DNA of 64,000 nucleotides from Kondoa subrosea (lineage: Eukaryota): assembly GCA_039545335.1 (NCBI GenBank), contig BCIN01000004.1, positions 1,416,925-1,480,924 of the forward strand, given 5' to 3'. The notes under the pieces were generated by a model. That model was given only the letters and a program-made list of their open reading frames with translations. It ran no database searches and was not told the DNA's origin. The position numbers and the translations under genes were made by a program. Shown here one piece after another: positions 60,810-64,000 of the stretch. Position 1 is the first letter of the stretch, and each line of letters begins with the position of its first letter.

Positions 60810-62690
60810 ATGATTCCTCAAGCACAGACTGTTGATCACTCTGCTCTGCTTGGCCATACCATCGACAAGAACAGGCTTCAATTTGTATCCATTCTGGGTC
60901 TAGGCGCATATGGTGTGGTATATTTGGCCAAAGATGTCTCGGCTGCTATTGGTGCTTCTTCTGCAACCGATCCATCTTCACCTTATACTGGCCGTGGATA
61001 CTACGCAGTAAAATGCCTCAACAAAACTGGACTCGATTCCCGACAGCGGTCATTTCAGCGCCGCGAAATCGCTCTCCACACTTTGGCCTCGACGCATGAG
61101 AACATCGTCAGCCTACATCGCGTTGTGGAGACCAGCTCTGTCATCTATGTCATTTTGGCATACTGTCCTGATGGCGATCTTTTTGGCATGATCACTGAAC
61201 AATCCCGCTACTTGGGCAACGATGAACTTATCCGTTCCGTCTTCCTGCAGATCATTGACGCCGTCGACTTCTGTCATCGGATGGGCATCTATCATCGTGA
61301 TTTGAAGCCAGAAAACATTTTGTGTTGTGAAGAAGGCAGAAGAGTGTTATTGGCTGATTTTGGATTGGCTACGGCGGAGAAGATGAGCTGTGATTTTGGG
61401 TGTGGTAGCACGTTCTACATGTCTCCAGGTCAGTTTTCATCGAGCGAGCAATAATCCGAACCTTTGCTGAGTACTGCTTCCAACTCAGAATGTCAAGGAG
61501 GCGTTTTCGAAAGATTAGGCTCTTACTCAACTCTGCATAACGACACATGGTCTCTGGGCGTCATTCTCGTCAATCTCACATGTGGCCGCAACCCGTGGAA
61601 GCAAGCCTGCCCCTCTGATGAAACTTTCCGGGCTTACCTCGACAACCCCGATTTCCTTCGGTCTATTCTCCCAATATCGCCTGACTGCAATGAACTTCTC
61701 AAGCGCATTTTCACTCTTAATCCGATGGGCCGCATATCACTTACAGAGCTCCGCCAGGCAGTCCTTACTATGCCTCGTTGGACGATGACTGAGGCCGAAC
61801 TGCGCAACGCAACACGGGCAACCAAAGAAGCAGCAAGGGCCTTTGCTCCAGTAGATCAAAACGCACCTTCCTGCTCAACAGACTGTGACCAGCAATCAGA
61901 ATACCAATCGGAACAGTACCCTGAATCAGTTTCTCATGCTACTACAAACACCTCTACCGCTTACTCTTTCGCTTCCTCGCTGTCTTTCCCCGAATGGTCT
62001 GGCATAACAGATCTGCATCAAGCGGCTGAAGCTCAAAGAGATCAACAAGCGCGGCCACTTCCTGCTCTACCACCTTTTGAACAGCAAAAGCAGCAGCAAG
62101 TCTACTCTTCATCTCCTTCTACACCTCGACGGCCTCAGCCATCTTCTTTTGTAGCACCAGTCGAAGCCCTGTCTCTCAATTCCCCTCGTCCATCAGTGGA
62201 TGGTTGTGATGCTTCTTCTGCTATGGACATGGACGAATTAAATGCCATGGGCGAAGAATTCGACACGCCCGTTCTTCCTCTTCCATCAACACCTCGAGCA
62301 CAAACTGGCAATCGCGCAACTATCGCAAATCGTCGGAAGCGCTCGTTCACACCCCCTTCTTCTGGTTCTAGCTCATCCTCCGGATCGAGCTGGGGCTCTC
62401 TTCCACCCACACCCGATACACCTACTTTTCTTCGAGGTATACAAACACGCCATGCACCCGCACCTGCCGACATCGCGGTAGCAGTTGACAAAATCGGCAA
62501 TCTGGTCAGCCCCACAAGCTCGAAAGGCTCTTTCAAACACTACTATGACCGCTATGCATCTTGGGCCTCGACAACAAGCGACGATGAGGCAGAAATCATT
62601 CGCATCGACTCTCCAAACCCGCAATGTCGTCTGGATTCGGCATTCAAACCGGTTTCGCGAAGGCAGTCTCCTTCGGTGCGCTGTGCATGA
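60810..62690 (+). CDS. ran1: Ran1/Pat1-family (Sks1/Vhs1-like) Ser/Thr kinase, one intron
   Basis: LGLGAYGVVYLA, YAVKCLNKTGLDSRQRSFQRREIALH, HRDLKPENIL, DFGCGSTFYMSPEC, WSLGVILVNLTCGRNPWKQA. Confidence 0.92.
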
Positions 62691-62908
62691 TGTATAAGGT
62701 GTCAACTGTTTGATGTATAGACGAAGCTTGAAATGCTTCCTGTTGTTATTGTAAGAGGTGTACTACTTAGATATTATCAAATAATTGTATAGCTACAATG
62801 TAACACATAGTAATAGCAATATAAATGCATGAGTTTGATACTCGCTGAACTTTCAAACGTATTGCATAATGTGCCCAAGCAATGTATTGTTTCTCAGTAT
62901 TAGGAGGA

Positions 62909-64000
62909 TCATCTGCCCATTGCAACTTTGCTGTACGATGCGGGAGCCAGCCTCTGCTTGATCCACTTGATGACAACCAGCGGAAACGCGCTAACAGCTA
63001 AAGTCGAGGTTAGCCTCCTAATACTTCGCCAAGAGGCTGAATCATCTCACCCACTATGATGCTGACCTTCCAAAGAAAGGTGATAGATAGCACAAAATTC
63101 AGATCTTTATAAGAATCGGATCAGAAGCGGATAATGCGAGCAGTATGAGAGCGGACCAAAGTATTGGGGTAAGAACGCCATGCTGAAAGCATATAGTGCT
63201 AAAGACCCAACTTCCGCTACAACCATGAGAGGGTGCCTATATTGACAAATCAGTCAAGCATTCGCGTGCAGAGATGGACCGCCTACCATGTCGTAACTTC
63301 AGTCGCAACCTGCAGCGAAACACAAATCGGCTCAAGTTCAAATGTGAACAGAGTAGAACACTGACCATGACGAGCTCGTTCAGTATGGTAGCGGTAAAGG
63401 CAATAGCTACGATATTAATGAACTCTGTCTCAAATAGCAGCATGCTCGAGATCATGATTGCGCCGCCTGTAGATCAGATCAGAGGATACAGTGAGAGATC
63501 GCTGTTTCAAGCAAACCTTGATAAACGGATATCATAACCCATATGAAAAATGTCTTGTACGACAATGAACGACCCTGCAGTAGTCTTTATCAAGGACATG
63601 TCGGGAAACACGAGGCGCAATCTACCTTAGTCAGTTCCTGTTCGACAGACACGTCAGACGGACACAACAATGCGGAAAATATTTGCTAACAGCATAGAGC
63701 TCGGGGTAGAGAAGTGAAAGATCTTCGTTGAGATCGGTGTCTAATACAAGACTAAACACTGGGCCCATTGTATAGCTGTAGTATTATTAGTACGAAGAAA
63801 AGGAAGAGTATGTGGAATTCACATTGTTGCATAGCCAACCGAAAGCCAATCTTGGAAGATAGCTACCGGGGAGAAGTAGACTATAGATGAAAACACCGCT
63901 TGAATTATAGCAACAAGAAGTCCGCGATGAATGATGAATTGAGCAAGCTTGGCTGAGCGTTTGTAGGAATTGCGTCCGTGCCAACATAATAGCTTGCTCA
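62909..64000 (-). CDS. NEO1: 3' part of P4-ATPase phospholipid flippase, Neo1/ATP9 type (gene begins beyond the right edge)
   Basis: [85 protein letters not shown]. Confidence 0.93.

Noticed and set aside
1..64000. Transposons, tRNA/rRNA genes, alternative genetic code
   Set aside because: No transposase, RT, LTR or TIR signatures and no cloverleaf seen by eye. Conserved proteins translate correctly with the standard code once introns are removed; the single suspicious TAG is reported separately.

Overview
Eukaryotic DNA from a compact, intron-rich fungal genome, most likely a Pucciniomycotina-type basidiomycete yeast (inferred from protein families and mostly ~45-65 nt introns with CTRAY branch points). 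The ORF track therefore shows exon fragments; I joined exons by hand, so gene ends are approximate. About 29 protein-coding genes are supported. Housekeeping genes: NST1, PheRS alpha, TFIIIC tau95, RPL29, importin-11, dihydroorotase, SmG, TAF8-like, UTP10, NEO1. Kinases: Srk1/Rck-type and Ran1/Pat1-type. Also a GH18 chitinase, GT32 glycosyltransferase, APC transporter, P450 and an STE3 pheromone receptor. No rRNA, tRNA, CRISPR or intact transposon was recognised. Best leads: (1) the STE3 gene is bracketed by a diverged ~150-bp direct repeat, with no pheromone gene visible; (2) a four-exon orphan gene, mostly missed by the ORF track, with a BIR/C3HC-like zinc-ligand pattern; (3) an accessory block of an orphan 7-TM protein, a DUF4267-like gene with TAG at a probable Trp codon, and a P450 lacking the I-helix threonine; (4) unusual splicing in the Srk1 kinase, with a candidate 54-nt cassette exon and a possible GA-AG intron.
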